A stretch of DNA of 21,701 nt from Emiliania huxleyi CCMP1516 (Eukaryota). This document shows, piece by piece, positions 20,341 to 21,701 of the stretch. The position numbers and the translations under genes were made by a program. The stretch lies in assembly GCF_000372725.1 (NCBI RefSeq), contig NW_005201792.1, forward strand, positions 227,452 to 249,152, read 5' to 3'. Numbering within the stretch: position 1 is the stretch's first letter; every line of letters begins with the position of its first letter. Under the pieces are notes generated by a model that saw only the letters and a program-made list of their open reading frames with translations, was not told the origin of the DNA and did no database searches.

Positions 20341-21299
20341 TGAACTCGCAGAAACCGTTTCGCAATGCGCGACATTGCACTCCTCCGTGCCGCTCGCTCG
20401 CCGCTGCGCGGGACATGGGCGCCGATGCGGCTCGCGCTCACTCGGCCTGCCTCCGCCTCGCTCGCGGCTCGCTGAGCACGCCGTGGGTCCGCCTGGTGCA
20501 GCGCTGCCCGCTCGTTGCGCTGCACAAAGCTGCGAGAAGCAGGGGGCCCTCCTGAGCTGGAGCATTGTGCAGCGCGGCTGCGAGAGCTCGACGGCGCCTG
20601 TGCTGTGGTGTGAGAGCCTGATGGGTGGCAACCTCCTGCTGCATCGACATGCGCAGTCTGCTCTACCGCCGCGCCGATCTTCGCGCGGGCGGCGCGCATG
20701 CGCACCCAGGCCGCTCGCGCGCCGTCGCGCAGAGTCGCGCGTTGCTGACGCAAGAGGCGAGCTGCTCCCATTTGATCGCAAGAGCAGCCGCAGGTGCCGC
20801 AGCCTTGTGCTGCCGGAAGTTCTCGAGCCGGCGCGCGCGGCTGGCCTTGCCGCCGCGCGCACGCCGCTTTGGCGCCGCGGAAGCGATCTTGCTGCTCACC
20901 GTCAGCACGCCGTACGCCTCCTCAGAGGCCTTGCCCACCTCTCCAGATGTTGCGAGGACGCCACCCGGCATGCGCATGGCCCGGCCGGACCTGTCGTGGC
21001 GTGGAGCCTTGATGACGCTGCGACCGCGTGCAAGCACGAGCCCAGGATCGTGCGTGAGCACGCTCGCAAGGCGGACGGTATGGCAAGGCCAGCTCCCTAC
21101 TAAAAAAGAGGGAAAAAGAAAAATAGTAAAGTCCAAATCGCAAACATAGAAACCCAAACACAGGCGGCGAAGTGGCATACGAGCTCGTAGCTCATCAGCA
21201 GTTGAGCGACATCGCCCCCCCCCAAAAGAAAAAAGTCTTATCCTAACGGTGTGGGGGCGCGGAGGGCTTGTTGGCGAGCCAAAATGGTGATGTCCGAGG

Positions 21300-21388
21300 C
21301 GCTGCGCTAGGCTCAGAGCGAGTTCGCGCTGCGCTAGGCTCAGACGGCGAGTTCGCGCTGGCCGCTGCGCTAGGGGCTCACAGACGGA
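21300..21388. repeat. Three degenerate ~28-bp tandem units CGCTGCGCTAGGCTCAGA(CG)GCGAGTTCG
   Basis: Units start at ~21300, ~21327 and ~21363. Confidence 0.85.
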
Positions 21389-21701
21389 GACGGCGAGTGG
21401 GAGTGCGCTGCGATAGCGTTAGCGAGGGAGGGCGAGAGCCGAGACGATCGAGTGGTCCCGTACCATGCGGAATCGATCCTATCCAGTGCTTTCAAGTGCT
21501 CAAGAAAGAAAAGGACAGACTCAGACAGCTGAGACAGCGGACAGCGGTGCAGATGGACAGGTCTCTCAGGTGAAATCTTGCCAGAATGTGGCCGCAGCAA
21601 GAGCCTCCGGCGGGCCTCCGGCGGACGCCTGCGGCGTGGCGCTGCGCGCCGGCCTGCGGCCCAGGTACCTATTTGACCGCTCGATACCAAAATGTGGAGA
21701 G

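Noticed and set aside
20233..21388. Short direct repeats as a possible CRISPR array
   Set aside because: Only 2-3 degenerate copies, no regular unique spacers, no cas genes, and a eukaryotic context.
21465..21701. ATG-initiated frame open to the window end (MRNRSYPV...)
   Set aside because: No recognisable motif and no support for coding status within the window.

Overview
GC-rich eukaryotic genomic DNA with two assembly gaps (12933-13032, 17397-17881). Short introns, 14 of 23 inferred donors being GC rather than GT, and CCGAG-type intronic repeats point to a haptophyte such as Emiliania/Gephyrocapsa huxleyi (inference from sequence style). I reconstructed five spliced genes by hand: (1) a Pro/Cys-rich single-pass membrane protein with a PAN/apple-like module (+, 815-3029); (2) a ~1800-aa TKL-type kinase with a C-terminal PX-like domain (-, 3596-10167, 11 exons); (3) an mTERF protein (-, 12000-14120); (4) a Gly-rich RanBP2-zinc-finger/multi-RRM protein of Mrn1/Nrd1 type with tandem DPR motifs (+, 14826-18503); (5) a TLC-domain membrane protein (-, 18897-19695). 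Two signals stand out. First, a ~460-bp fold-back (213/214-bp arms, ~91% identity) in the RNA-binding gene pairs an exon end and its 5' splice site with an inverted copy. Second, in about half of the introns the first 8-20 nt copy the start of the downstream exon, which suggests intron gain by target-site duplication. Most long ORFs in the track are GC-rich shadow frames.
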